Assembly (NCBI GenBank): GCA_963752595.1 | Contig: CAVVYZ010000009.1 | Coordinates: forward strand, 1-64,000 | From: an uncultured delta proteobacterium | Lineage (GTDB): Bacteria; Desulfobacterota; Desulfomonilia; UBA1062 | DNA: 64,000 nt | Direction of reading: 5' to 3' | Shown: piece by piece, positions 1 through 11,962 of the stretch | Numbering within the stretch: the stretch's first letter is position 1 | Layout of the letters: each line of letters begins with the position of its first letter | Position numbers and translations under genes: made by a program | The notes under the pieces: model-generated | What the model was told of the DNA's origin: nothing | Database searches by the model: none | The model's input: only the letters and a program-made list of their open reading frames with translations

Positions 1-913
1 GAGATAAAGGACGCCTTCGGACATGTCATTGGTGAGAATCCTCCCTGTATTGATGGGTCTGTGACCGTATACAATTATTATGAGCCGGATTGTAGTACTC
101 CATCAGTGCTATGAGCCCTTCAGCGCCGTATACAAGTGCAGTCTGAGTCGCACTCTCGGCTCAGGTCGTGCGTGGTACGATAGTATAGGACAAGAACGTC
201 TCTCTCGTAACAATGGGATGGTGGCCGAAGATCATGGTGAGCCAATCGGCATCTTGTTCGCTTCCCAGATCGTCCCGGATAAACTCCAGCTCAGCAGTAT
301 CCAGCCCCGCATTGTCCCCATAGTAAGGCGGATTCGGGCTGAAAATCTGCACCGTCGTTCCCATTCGTGTTGATGCCCAGGAAATGATACGTCCCGAAAT
401 CAAAGGTCCCGCGTCCAGGAGAGCTGGGTCTTTCCGGTGGCCGAACCCTGGATTGAGTAATTCAGATAATAATCGAAGTTTTTATCGCCAAAAAAGATCA
501 TGGTTTCCCAGGAGGATCATAATAGAAGGTTGCATCAACTCCATTTCTGTCCAGCACATTCCGGTATTCGATCCATTCTTCAGGATGCGGTCCGTCGGGA
601 ATCGCTTCCTCGCTCCAGTTTGTGGAATCGGTAAGATCTCCGAGATTCGTGATGAAAGATGGATTTATGACATCTTTTGCCTCTGTTACCGGCCCATTCC
701 AGGTCCTCGCTTCCCGTGAAACCCTGTGCCCCGATATGGACATCGGGGATATGATAAGAAACCAGAATATCTTGCCACTTTTCAGTGCTGTATCTTGCTG
801 AGTGCGGATCGCTGGCCGTACCCGGAAGGAGTGCCCGGGAAAAAGAGACAGAGGAGAAGGAAGACAAGGAAACATGCATTCATCAGAACAAGAACAACTG
901 ATCGTTTACCCAT
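1..913 (-). CDS. Secreted calcineurin-like metallophosphoesterase, N-terminal part (frameshifted, runs off the window start)
   Basis: Pieces in several minus frames join up: signal peptide MGKRSVVLVL..., DVHIG, NLGDLTD, PG(N)HD and FGHHP motifs (ORFs 782-1033, 580-879, 498-875, 161-403). Confidence 0.7.
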
Positions 914-954
914 GATCGTCTCCCCTTTGAAAGACAGCCCTCGAGGAACAATCT

Positions 955-1572
955 CTACCAGTGTATGCCTGACAGCGCACCGACATGCCACCCTCCCGAC
1001 CCTGGCCTCTGCTCCGTAGAGATTGATCTGCACGTTCGACCATCGTGCCTCGATCCCGATGTTGAAGCGCTCAGCGAGCGTAATGTATGCACCGATGTCG
1101 GTCCCACATGCCGTATCCGAGGTCCTTCGTCAGACACAGAGCGCCCCCGAAGGACTGAGCCCTGACCTCGCCATCGATGCTTGCCAATCCGATCCCGATG
1201 AACGGCCGGATATTTTTCGGGCATCTCCCAGATCTTCCGGACACCGACATCAAATTCCATGATACGGGATTCTACATTTGTGTAAAAAGGACCAATCCCC
1301 AGATCAAGGCTGTCAATATCTTCTTTGTCTTTGGAATAAAAAAGGTCCGAAGACGATGCTGAATGGAACACTGCGGTGTTTGACATCCATCAGGATACCC
1401 GCTTCGATCTGTTTGTCCAAGGTTCCCAGTCGTCTTTGTCCAGGAACTTTTCTCCGAGAAAGAGATTAACGTTCCCTGTCCAGCTTTTCGTGTCCTTGTC
1501 AGTCCCGCACAGAGCCCGGCTCGGGATCGATAAAACCAGGCATAACATGATGGAAATCATAACCTTTTGCAT
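955..1572 (-). CDS. Outer-membrane beta-barrel protein (frameshifted)
   Basis: Signal peptide (ORF 1390-1572), amphipathic strands such as EFDVGVRKIW and IRPFIGIGLA, C-terminal aromatic residue (..GIHW). Confidence 0.65.
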
Positions 1573-1648
1573 GCCGCACCTTTTTTTAGCGCTCTTGATA
1601 CAGGGGGCTTACGGGGTGGTATTCCCCCGGTAAAAGAGGAGTAACACC

Positions 1649-2867
1649 CTAAAATAATGCCCCAATCTGCGCACCCAGCCTATAGTTGTTCACATCAAAA
1701 TCCTTGCCCTCGCTTTTCATCTCTTGGGTTATCTGGTACTTCGCGTTGATACCGAGTTGGAGCCAGTGGTAGTTAAAGGTAAGGTCCGTGAAGATCTGTC
1801 CGCCAAGAAGCCAATCAGATTCAGGCACTCTTCTGTCCACAGTCTGTATATACCGGTCGCCCACAAGGATGAAATTGTGAACTTCGAAAGTGCCGTCGAG
1901 TTTGATCCAGGAGGGCCCGCCCCCGGCAGCTATGACAAAATAAGGGCTAAGATCTTTAGTATACTTTGCATTCAATTCCAGGAACATGAGATCCGTATCA
2001 TACGCTCTGTGCTGATGAAGAAGGTCGTCATTCTGAAAATCGTTTGACACACTGCAGAACCCAAGTTCCCCACCCAAGTACACATCCCTGTAGATCTTTC
2101 CATATCCTTCAATGCCCGTATAGGGTCTTCTTTCCTCATCGATAAGCCTGAAAAAATGATCGGTAAAAGTGATATAACCCGCCTTCACAGCAAGGGTGCC
2201 GGTCCCAAGAGGGGCTTTTTGCTCCGCCTGAACGTCTGACGGGGGCAAAACATGTTCCATGCCGATCAACCAGCTCAGCTGACCACCCAGCCTCCAGTTA
2301 TTAAAATCAACATCCCTGCCTTTAAAATCCTGGGTAACTTGGTACTTTGCATTGACGCCGATGGAGGGCAGGGCTTCATCACTGGCAAACGTGATAAAGG
2401 GGAGCCGCTGGATCTTGTACGTCAAGCCTGCAAAGACTTGTCCTCCGAAGAGCCAATCGTGTTCATGTTTTTTATAGTACGACGATATGTATTCTTCACC
2501 TTCAACTGAGGCGTATGAGTAAGAAACACCGGTACCGAAATCTGACCAGGTTGGGAAGAACCTCCATTGCATACTTCAGGTCCAACTCACATGGATTATA
2601 ATGGAGCGCTTCTCCCCCATATAAAGTCCCGCTGGAACTGGCCCCCATTTCTCCACCGAGGTACACGTTCGGGTAGATTAGCACATATCCTTCAAGTCCC
2701 ATGTACCCGCCTTGAGTATCAGGGGTCCATAGGTTGTCAGTAAAAGTTATATAATCCAGCTTAAAGCTAAAGTTGTGGTCCCAGAGAGGGGCTCCTTGCT
2801 GAGCCTGGACAGCTGCCGGGGCCAGAATAAAAATTATGGCAAGTAATATGAACCACCTGTTTCCCAC
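1649..2867 (-). CDS. Outer-membrane protein with two tandem homologous beta-barrel units (one frameshift near 2540)
   Basis: Signal peptide ..AVQA. Repeated blocks YITFTD / GxEGY / VYLGGExG / DWLxGGQ / GxNAKYQxTQ / NNxRLG each occur twice. C-terminal Phe. Confidence 0.75.
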
Positions 2868-5099
2868 TATTTTCCTCTAAATGAAACGGGGAAGGCTCGT
2901 CCTGATCCAGTTTGTGCAAGTCTATGATGCTTTCGTCGCTTAATGGTGAGTGATTTGACTCTGGTGCAATGACTTAACTTCCTTCATAACCTTCACTGCA
3001 ATGTGGAACAGACAACGCTTTCTCTCCCCTTTGATTTCATCTATAAACACTTGAAACCGGTCTCAACGAAAGGCATATCATCACTGGCTACAATCGTTTA
3101 AATTGAGCAGCAAGCAGCTCACTCCACGGGCCAGTCACCACAAATTTGGCATGCTGCCTCTTCGCCGCTAAGCCTGAAAGCTGTATTCCCAATCATTACT
3201 TTCTCAACGTTTAACAGAAATGCTCCTGTAAATCAATGCATTGATAAACTTCCAGGGAGAAACAGTTGTAATCGATTTGAAAATATTACTCAGAGGAGGC
3301 CATACTTCTGCTTCCTTGCAGAAGGAGAAGGCTGATGAACTCTGGTAGCACCATATTCTCCTGATTAACGAAATCCATGCCCGTTCACGATTTCCTCCTA
3401 TGCATTAAGCCTGCAATGGCAACTACAAGATCAAAAGCTTCTCCTACTGAGACCAGTTCCTCAGATAACTGCGGTAACTTATCGGTTTCTTAAAACCTAT
3501 GAGTTCCTGGTGAGAGTTATACTTTTTGAAATAAAAATCAGACTTATGATTCTGGCACGAACTGTTTAAAAAATCAGCCTCTCAGACATTGAACATCTCG
3601 TGAGGATATTTCAAGGTGGTCCTTATTGGAGATAGCATCAGGAGATCATCGGTCTTACGGTATGTACAAAGCCGATCATTTATCGCAGGAATCTATGTCC
3701 TTGGCAGTAGGATGGGAAGAAGTAGCAATGGTTTGGTCGATGAGAGTCTCAGCACAGGCGCATCATTACTTTGGCGCTGGTACCGAACCGGTGTAAAACA
3801 CTTCACACTTTCCGCCAGTGAAGAGGCCCCGGGCCTGCTTGAGCAGATTGAGCGCCGGCCCTGCGAGGGACATCAGGACGCTCGGCTTCTCCACCACCGG
3901 TTTCCGGAAAGGGCCGTGGATTTTCTGCTTCACCCTGGCGCACCCCCGGGCGTCGATCAGCGCTATGGTCACATCATCGAAACGTTCGTTGACGAAATTG
4001 ATTCTTCCTTTGAGAGCGATCCTGTTCTGTTTGGTCGCCATGGCCACGTCCTTGGCCTGCGCTATGCCGCGCTCGACCTTCCAGTCGGAGAAGAGCTTCC
4101 CGATGCTGCTGCTGCCTCCCGATCCCTGGAAGATGCTCGCGAAGTTGTACCCCTTCGTGACCGCAAGGCCGATGGGGCCGGCAAAAAAGAAGGCGCCTGC
4201 ATCCACGAGGTTGAAGTTCTGACTGGACTCAAACCGGGCAAACTCCCGGTCGAGGTCGTTGCCGTAGAGCGTGAGATTCTCGCCGCGCAAAGAGACCTCT
4301 CCTCCGGCAGTCTGCTTTATCTCCTTTGCGGTATTCCCCCGCATCGACAGGCTTGCCGAGAAGTCCATCGATCCTTCCGCGACCTTCTTTGAGGAAAGGG
4401 TTTTGAGGTACTCCTCGATCCGGAACTTTGACAGGGATGAGCGGACGGAATAACGGGGAACGGGACCGGAAAAATCTGCCCCGATGCTCCCTGACCCTTG
4501 TCCGCCGAAAAGGCGCATCGTGACCGGATTGAGAGCGAAGATGCCATCCTTGCCCTTGCAGGTGAACTTCACATCGGAAAACATGAGGTCCTTCGTCCGG
4601 ATCTCCCGGCAGGCGAATTCTGCGGTGAAGGAAAGATTCTTCAAAAGCTCCGCGCTATTTCCTCCTGCAATCCGCAAGCTGCGCACGTCCAGGTTAAAGT
4701 TTCCCACCTCGAATCCTTCCCCGGATTGTTCGTCCCCATAGAGGAAAGCCCCGTCGGAGAGGGAAAGATTATCGAGGACCAGGGCAGGGAATGTCCCTTT
4801 GGCCTCCTTCCGTTTTTCGAAATTGAACACTGCCGTCGCGGTCCCGCTTAATGGAGATCATGGGGTGCTGCAGTCCGATCCTCCTGATCCGGACTTCCCT
4901 GTGGAGCAGAGGGAGGAGAGCGATCTCAAGGCGGGCTTCCTTCGCAGAAGCGATGTCCATCCCCCGATTCCGGATGTGCACATCATCAAGCCTGACATGC
5001 AAGTCCGGAAAGAAACCGATTCCCAGTCGGCCGCCAACGTGGACCTCCATCCCCAAGGCTTCGGAGGCGGCCCTTTCCAACCGGGGTTTGTAGACACTA

Positions 5100-5975
5100 G
5101 GTACTGTACGCAAACCATTTTGCAATGGGTGCATCTAAACATGAATGGTAAAGCGTCATGAGTTAACCGACAAGCAATGGGAGCAGCTTGAGCCGTTGCT
5201 TCCGCCCCAGAAACAGGAAACAGGCAGACCATCTGAAGACCATAGGAAGGTCATTAATGGTATCCTCTGGAGAATGAAGACAGGTGTCTCCTGGAGGGAC
5301 ATCCCTGAGAGATATGGTCCCTGGAGCACCATATACAGCCGGTTTTTCAGATGGAAGAGAAAAGGCATCTGGGACCAGATCTTCGCTTCCATCCTTTCCC
5401 AGGAAGATGCACGCGGGTGTCTGGATTGGGATACGCATTATGTTGACAGTACCATCATCCGTGCCCATCAGCATGCCTCAGGGCTGAAAAAAAGGGGCAA
5501 GAAAGCGAAGCACTCGGCTACAGCCAGGGCGGGTACTCAACCAAGGTCCATTTGAGAACAGATGGAAACGGCAAGCTGATCACCCTTGCGCTTACTCCCG
5601 GACATCGGCATGAAACGACTGCGTTTTATCGCCTCATGGAGACCGGCGCGGTAAAGCGGCAAGGAAGAGGTCGCCCCAAGATCAGGCCGGGCCGACTGAT
5701 CGGCGACAAGGCTTATAGCAGCGGCGCAATACGAAAGTACCTTGCGGACCATCATATCAGAATCACGATCCCTCGGAGAAGGGATGAAGCCAGGACAGGC
5801 CCGTTCGATAAGACCATCTACCGCCTTAGGAACCGAATCGAACGCTTCATTCATCGCATGAAGCACTTCAGGGCCATCGCTACCCGGTTTGAGAAATCCG
5901 CATCAAGCTATCAAACACTCTGGATCATTGGCGCTATATTCCTATGGTTACAGTAATGACTTTGCGTACAGTACC
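5100..5975 (+). mobile_element. IS5-family insertion sequence (IS427-like two-ORF organisation)
   Basis: Perfect 15-bp terminal IRs GGTACTGTACGCAAA (5100-5114) and TTTGCGTACAGTACC (5961-5975). TA duplicated at 5098-5099 and 5976-5977 within the target CACTAGTG. Confidence 0.95.
5145..5956 (+). CDS. IS5-family transposase in two ORFs, probably joined by a programmed frameshift
   Basis: HELTDKQW..WRDIPERYGPW..VDSTIIRAHQHA, then A7G4 run at about 5487-5497, then IGDKAYSS and RNRIERFIHRMKHFRAIATRFEK DDE motifs. Confidence 0.92.
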
Positions 5976-6581
5976 TAGTGCCGACAAAAAAATATAGGGC
6001 GACAGATATGAGGATGAGTAGTCCAATGAGCCCAATGACGGCGAAGAAGATGCTTTTCAATGGTTTTGACATCCACGTTCCTGTTTCTCGAATCTATTAT
6101 CTTTTATCCCTGAGCCCTTATGATAGAAACAGTTTGCACTTTTGCAACATAGCGGCATTAAGGATTCAAGCACTAATAAAATACTTTTTCACTACCCATG
6201 GCCCATTGGCACATTATCATCACTTTCTCAGGCTGTTCATTAAAAAGCAGGATCTCATTATGCAGTCTTGTCCGGATCAAGTTGATGCTTATTTGATTAT
6301 TATAGGTAAGGACTCAATAGGAGGACTCCATGGAATTCTTCATGTGGTCCTAAACGGGAAAGAAGATGGCTTTATGGTAAAACGAGATCATAGGGTGAAT
6401 TCCCGGTCTGCATCGGGCTGATACTCGCATTCCTAAGGTGCGCCGCCACATAGCGCCATCAAAGCACCGGCCGGTATGGCGATGACTCTGTAATAACACC
6501 CAAGGTAAAAGCCGCAATCTTAAATGGACCAACGCTGAAATCGTTCCAGATCAATGTTAAGAATTATCAAGGAGATCAATT

Positions 6582-8700
6582 ATGAGCGAGAAAAAGACAC
6601 TGGGTAATTCCAGAGGACGCAAACAGGAAGAGGGCTCGGTTCCCGACGTAGGATCACAGCGGCTGCCGGTGGCGAACTGCACCAGATCGCCGGTGGAGAG
6701 CACCCCGCGCTCACCACGAACCAGGGCGTCGCCGCTTTCCGACAACCAGAACTCGCTCAGGGCCAATCCGCGCGGCCCGACGCTTCTGGAGGATTTCATC
6801 CTTCGCGAGAAGATCATGCATTTCGATCACGAGCGCATCCCGGAGCGCATCGTTCACGCGCGGGGGACGGGGGTGCATGGATTCTTCGAGCTGACCGCCT
6901 CGCTGGAGCAGTACACCACCGCCAGGATCCTCACCGAGGTGGGCGAGAAGACGCCCGTCTTCGCCCGCTTCTCGACCGTCGCGGGCGGCGCGGGTTCGGT
7001 GGATACCCCGCGCGACGTGCGCGGATTCGCCGTCAAGTTCTACACGAAGGAGGGCAACTGGGACCTGGTCGGCAACAACATCCCGGTCTTCTTCATCCAG
7101 GATGCCATCAAGTTCCCCGACCTCATCCATGCCGTAAAGATGGAGCCCGACCGCGGCTTTCCGCAATCGGCAACCGCCCACGACACCTTCTGGGATTTCA
7201 TCTCGCTCACGCCCGAATCCATGCACATGGTGATGTGGATCATGTCCGATCGCACCATACCGCGTTCGCTGCGGATGATCGAAGGCTTCGGCGTGCACAG
7301 CTTCCGGCTGATCAACGATGCCGGCGAATCGACCTTCGTCAAGTTCCACTGGCGTCCCAAGCTCGGCCTGCAGTCCACCATCTGGGATGAGGCCGTCAAG
7401 ATCGCCGGCGCCGATCCGGACTTCCACCGCCGCGACATGTTCGAGGCCATCACAGCGGGCAATTTCCCCGAGTGGGAATTCGCGGTTCAGCTCTTCACGC
7501 AGGAGGAAGCGGACAAGATTCCCGTTCGATCATCTGGACGCGACCAAGCTGATTCCCGAAGAACTGGTGCCCTTGAAAGTGATCGGCCGCATGGTGCTGG
7601 ATCGCTGGCCGGACAATTTCTTCGCCGAAACCGAGCAGGTCGCCTACTGCCCCGCGCAATATCGTGCCGGGCATCGATTTCTCGAACGATCCGCTGCTGC
7701 AGGGCCGCTTGTTCTCCTATCTCGACACGCAGCTTTCGCGCCTGGGCTCGGCCAATTTCCACCAGATCCCGATCAACGCGCCCAAGTGCCCGTTCGCCAA
7801 CCAGCAGCGCGACGGGCACATGCAGATGGCGCAACCGGCGGGCCGTGTTGCCTACGAGCCCAACTCCCTGTCCGAAAACTCGCCGCGCGAAACGCCGGCC
7901 AAGGGCTTTCGCAGCGCCGCGGTAACTGAAACCGGCGAGAAAGGCCGCATCCGTGCCGAGAGCTTCGCCGACCACTACAGCCAGGCGCGGCAGTTCTATC
8001 TCAGCCAGACCGCGTACGAGCAGGCGCACATCGCCTCGGCGTTGGTGTTCGAGCTTTCCAAGGTCGAACACGTGCACGTGCGTGAGGCGATGGTCGGCCA
8101 CCTGCGGCATATCGACGAAGACCTCGCCAAGCGGGTCGCCGCGGGCTCTGGCGCTTGGACAACATGCCCGATGCGCCGGCGGCCGCGGCGCCCGTGCAGG
8201 AGATGGCGCCTTCGCCCGCGTTGCAGATCATCGGCAAGATGAAGGACACGCTCATGGGGCGCGCGGTCGGCATCCTGATCGCGGATGGTTCGGACGGCGC
8301 CGTCATCGAGAAGATCAAAAAGGCCGCGACCGATGCGGGCGCCACCGTGAAGATCGTCGCCCCCAAGGTGGGCGGCGCGAAGCTTGCCGACGGCTCGATG
8401 CTGGCGGCCGACGGACAACTGGCCGGTACGCCTTCCGTGCTGTTCGACGCGGTCGCCGTCATCCTCTCCGACGAAGGCGCAAAGGCGCTGTCGATGGAAA
8501 GCGCCGCGATCGATTTCGTGCGCGATGCCTTCGGCCATCTCAAGGCAATCGCCGTCGACAAAGGCGGCCGGGCGCTTCTGAAGACGGCGAATGTCGGACA
8601 AGACGCGGGCGTCGTGGATGCCAACGACAAAGACGCATTTATTGCTGCGGCAAAGACCCGCCAATGGGACCGGGAAAAGTCCGTTCGAACATTGGCATAG
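6582..8700 (+). CDS. katE: Large-subunit monofunctional heme catalase (HPII type) with C-terminal GATase1/DJ-1-like domain; several frameshifts
   Basis: [15 protein letters not shown] (catalytic His), [34 protein letters not shown] (proximal Tyr), PSVLFDAV and AFGHLKAI. Confidence 0.93.
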
Positions 8701-8784
8701 TATGAAATCGACTGAAAGAGGCAGGAATTGGATGCACAGAACGGATGTGAATTCATCTAAATATTCGCCCCTGGTGCGGTACTA

Positions 8785-9640
8785 GGGGTCTGTCATCAAT
8801 TAGGGGGTTCACAATAATAAGAGGATGTGTATGATGGAAGGTCGGCCAAGAGGGAGGTGCCGACCGATGACAACACGACGTTATGCTTTACGTGATGATC
8901 AATGGGAACGAATCAAGGACTTGCTGCCGGGTCGAGAGGACACGGTTGGCGTGACTGCAAAAGATAACCGGCTTTTTGTGGAAGCCGTGCTTTACCGCTA
9001 TCGCGCTGGAATACCGTGGCGGGATCTGCCGGAGCGGTTTGGGAACTGGAGCGTTGTACATACACGCTTTTGCCGTTGGGCTAAAAGCGGAGTTTGGGAG
9101 AAGGTTTTTAAGCACTTGGCGGCAGATGAGGATAACGAATACGCCATGATCGACAGTACCATTGTTCGTGCTCACCAGCATAGTGCCGGTGCTAAAAAAA
9201 AGACGGGGAGAACCAAGTCATCGGGCGCAGCAGGGGAGGATTGAGCACAAAAATCAACGCAACCGTCGATGCGCTTGGAAATCCTACCGGCTTTGTTCTT
9301 ACGCCGGGGCAAGCCAACGATCTCGATGGTTCGGATGAGCTTCTCCCAACCATTACCGCAAATACTGTGTTGGCGGATAAAGGCTATGATGCCGATGAAC
9401 GGGTGATCGAGCCATTACAAGCTGCAGGAAAAGAGATCGTCATTCCATCCAAACGCAACCGGAAAGAGCCTCGTCCCTATGACAAAGAACTTTATAAGGC
9501 TCGACATCTCATAGAGAACTTTTTCTGCAGCCTCAAACATTTCCGAGCCATCGCTACCCGCTATGACAAAACCGCTCGCAATTCCCTCGCCGCCATCTAC
9601 CTGGTCGCTTCTCTCATTTGGCTCAATTGATGACAGGCCC
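8785..9640 (+). mobile_element. Second, different IS5-family insertion sequence
   Basis: 16-bp IRs with one mismatch: GGGTCTGTCATCAATT (8786-8801) and AATTGATGACAGGCCC (9625-9640). TA flanks at 8783-8784 and 9641-9642. Confidence 0.9.
8867..9630 (+). CDS. IS5-family transposase in two ORFs with an A8 slippery run
   Basis: RRYALRDDQW..GIPWRDLPERFG..MIDSTIVRAHQHSAG; LADKGYDAD; RHLIENFF..FRAIATRYDK. Confidence 0.92.
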
Positions 9641-9645
9641 TAATA

Positions 9646-10531
9646 CTATTCCAGGCAATTTTTTAAGAATGTGATCTGATCTCCTATTGTCTGCTCGAAA
9701 CGCGGGTGAACGTACACATCAAAGTGGCCGCACTTGTAGACGATGAGCTGACTTTTCGGAGCCTTCATCGCAGCACGAATGACCGGTTTCAAGGGAGTGG
9801 TCAGGTCGTTCGATGCGACCTGCACCAGCCAGGGCATGCACAGCTTCGGGGCCAGACGTCCCGGTGAATAGAGACCGACCGACAGGAAAATACGTGCAGC
9901 CACATTCTCATTCGGCTCGAAATCTTCAGGATAGAGTTTTTTGACTCCTTCTTCCGCATCCGGCGCTGTCATAGCTGCCGGCTCGCCGGGCTTGCCGATG
10001 ATAGGCACGTAATAAGGACTGCGGTGCAGCAGCTTGCGTGCAATATCCCGCCAGGCAGCGACCCCCAGCCGGATATTCTGTACCAGGCCGTTTGCTGCAG
10101 CCGTTGCAAACCCGTCCAGGTGCGGTACCTGTGATATGACCGCTGCGATATCCTTTTCCTGAACAGCGACAGCAACGACATGCCCGCCGCTGAATGAGGT
10201 GCCCCAGAGGACTATTCTCTGCGGGTCTACTCCGGGAAGCCTTCTGGCAAACCTTATGGCAGCGTGCCAGTCCTGATGCTGCTTTTTAATATCGAGTATC
10301 TGCCTGGGCTCTCCCTCGCTTTCTCCGAAATGCCGGTAATCGAAAACCAGCGCATGGTATCCAGCCTCGGCGAATGTCTCTGCATAAGCATCCAGGCACA
10401 TTTCCTTAACCCCGCCAAATCCGTGTGCGAGGATAATGCAAGGGGACCTGTCCTTTACCCGGCGCCTGGTAAAACCACCCCATACAGTTCAGCCCTTCCG
10501 AAACGAACTGGATATTCTGCCTTTCAATCAT
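9646..10531 (-). CDS. Alpha/beta-fold hydrolase (frameshift near 10440)
   Basis: MIERQNIQF.. joins CIILAHGFGGVKEM; FDYRHFGESEG; nucleophile elbow WGTSFSGG; C-terminal GHFD. Confidence 0.85.
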
Positions 10532-10563
10532 GAGACAACCCTTCCTCTCTTGTAAATTTCATC

Positions 10564-10624
10564 TGACACAATTTATTGTCAATTTTATACCAGATCTCCT
10601 TGACTTTGACAAGAGATGTTGTCA
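10564..10624. promoter_or_regulatory. Two TGACA-N8-TGTCA palindromes, probable TetR operators
   Basis: Palindromes at 10564-10581 and 10607-10624 lie between the divergent hydrolase and tetR genes. Confidence 0.7.
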
Positions 10625-10635
10625 GAATTTGACAC

Positions 10636-11286
10636 ATGAAAAAGGAACGGTCGCTAAACCGTACATATGGCGGTATCGATGCCGGCCTGAGGGAAGAAGA
10701 GCGGCGGAAAAGGCTGATCGGAGCGGGGCTGGAGGCATTCGGCACAACAGGCTATGCCAAGACCAATATCAAGACAATCTGCCGGCTGGCAGGACTGACG
10801 GAACGATACTTCTATGAATCCTTTGGTCACAAGGAAGATCTGTTATGTGCGGTATACCGGGAGCTGATCGAAGAGCAGGAGAGAGAGGCCCTTAAGATAC
10901 TCGCGGAAACCGAAGGTCAGCCGATGGAAGCAGCCACGCGTGCATTGAAAATCTTTTTTCACCGCTTTCAGCAGGACCCCCGCCGGGCGCAGCTGCAGCT
11001 TTTTGAGGTCCTGGGGGTCAGCCTGAATATTGACAGGGAATATCAGAATGCCATGCGCTTACTTGCCGGAATGGTGAAACTCTTTTTATGCAGGGCCTTT
11101 CCCCGCATCCGTCAGGAGATATTGAGCAGCAATATCATTCCGACCGGTCTGGCAGGCTCGATTATCCTGATCTCCCATGAATGGGTCCTCGATGGTTTTA
11201 TCACTCCCCTGGACGATATCATTACCCAGCTCATGGATATTCTCACAGCTGTCGGGAAACACTTGGAAGCCAAATCTCAGCCGTGA
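10636..11286 (+). CDS. TetR/AcrR family transcriptional regulator
   Basis: N-terminal HTH GYAKTNIKTICRLAGLTERYFYESFGHKEDL. Confidence 0.92.
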   Translation: MKKERSLNRTYGGIDAGLREEERRKRLIGAGLEAFGTTGYAKTNIKTICRLAGLTERYFYESFGHKEDLLCAVYRELIEEQEREALKILAETEGQPMEAATRALKIFFHRFQQDPRRAQLQLFEVLGVSLNIDREYQNAMRLLAGMVKLFLCRAFPRIRQEILSSNIIPTGLAGSIILISHEWVLDGFITPLDDIITQLMDILTAVGKHLEAKSQP

Positions 11287-11304
11287 ACGGCGGGAGATCG
11301 GATC

Positions 11305-11769
11305 TCAGCCTTTGCTGATGACCTGTATGCTGTCTCCGGCCTTCACCTCGCCGCCGGTAATTACCTTGACGAAAATGCCTTCCCTGGGCATGACGCAATC
11401 ACCCACGGCCTTGAATATGGCGCATCGGTCGTGGCATATCTTGCCGATCTGGGTAAGCTCGAGGAGCACAGCCTCGCCCACCTTGAATCTCGTACCCAGG
11501 GGCAGCTCGTGAAGAACAAAACCTTTCGTGGTGAGGTTCTCGGCAAAATCTCCGGGGCCGACCTCAATGCCCATCGCCGTGATCTTATCGATGCTCTCCT
11601 GCGCAAGCAGGCTCACCTGCCTGATCTCCATTCCTGCATGGGCATCGCCGTCCATCCCGTAATCGGCCATAAGGATGCAGGTGCCGATGCCGCGCTTTTT
11701 CTGCCCCTTCCGGGAGCTTATATTCACGGAAACGATCGTGCCGACTTTCTTCTCTTGTTTTTCTTCCAT
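11305..11769 (-). CDS. MOSC domain protein (Moco-associated sulfur carrier type)
   Basis: IVSVNIS, GDAHAG, RQVSLL, PGDFAENL, TQIGKxCH..C..I..GDCVMPREG. Confidence 0.9.
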   Translation of the reverse strand: MEEKQEKKVGTIVSVNISSRKGQKKRGIGTCILMADYGMDGDAHAGMEIRQVSLLAQESIDKITAMGIEVGPGDFAENLTTKGFVLHELPLGTRFKVGEAVLLELTQIGKICHDRCAIFKAVGDCVMPREGIFVKVITGGEVKAGDSIQVISKG

Positions 11770-11914
11770 TGCTCTCTTCCACTTTTCTTTCTCCGGATGC
11801 AATGCATGATCAGGCTTACAGCCTTTTTAGTTCTCCCCGGATTCCTTTCACTTCTGCTTAAAGCCCGGCGGAAAATTCTCTCAAAAGCTCATGCACTTTT
11901 CCGGTCAATATACA

Positions 11915-11962
11915 TTGACAATAGATAATTCACAAGATAATTACTACTATTCTCATAGTGAT
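11915..11962 (+). promoter_or_regulatory. mnmA-larE promoter with AATTACTA-N9-TAGT box
   Basis: TTGACA at 11915-11920; AATTACTA-ctattctca-TAGTGAT at 11939-11962; same geometry as the rrf2 promoter. Confidence 0.6.

Larger units (their letters stand above)
3766..6072 (-). pseudogene. asmA: AsmA-family protein interrupted by an IS5-family element
   Basis: Removing the IS restores the in-frame N-terminus MSKPLKSIFFAVIGLIGLLILISVALYFFVGTSVYKPRLERAASEALG. The AsmA-like body follows in ORFs 4769-5134 and 3766-4830, with an extra frameshift near 4830. Confidence 0.85.

Noticed and set aside
5978-6421. 147-aa plus-strand ORF after the first IS
   Set aside because: It is antisense to the asmA 5' end and its promoter region, with no protein features.
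5100-9640. Composite transposon carrying katE between two IS5 elements
   Set aside because: The two IS have different IRs and divergent transposases, each has its own TA flanks, and the left one sits inside asmA, whose 5' end lies within the supposed cargo.
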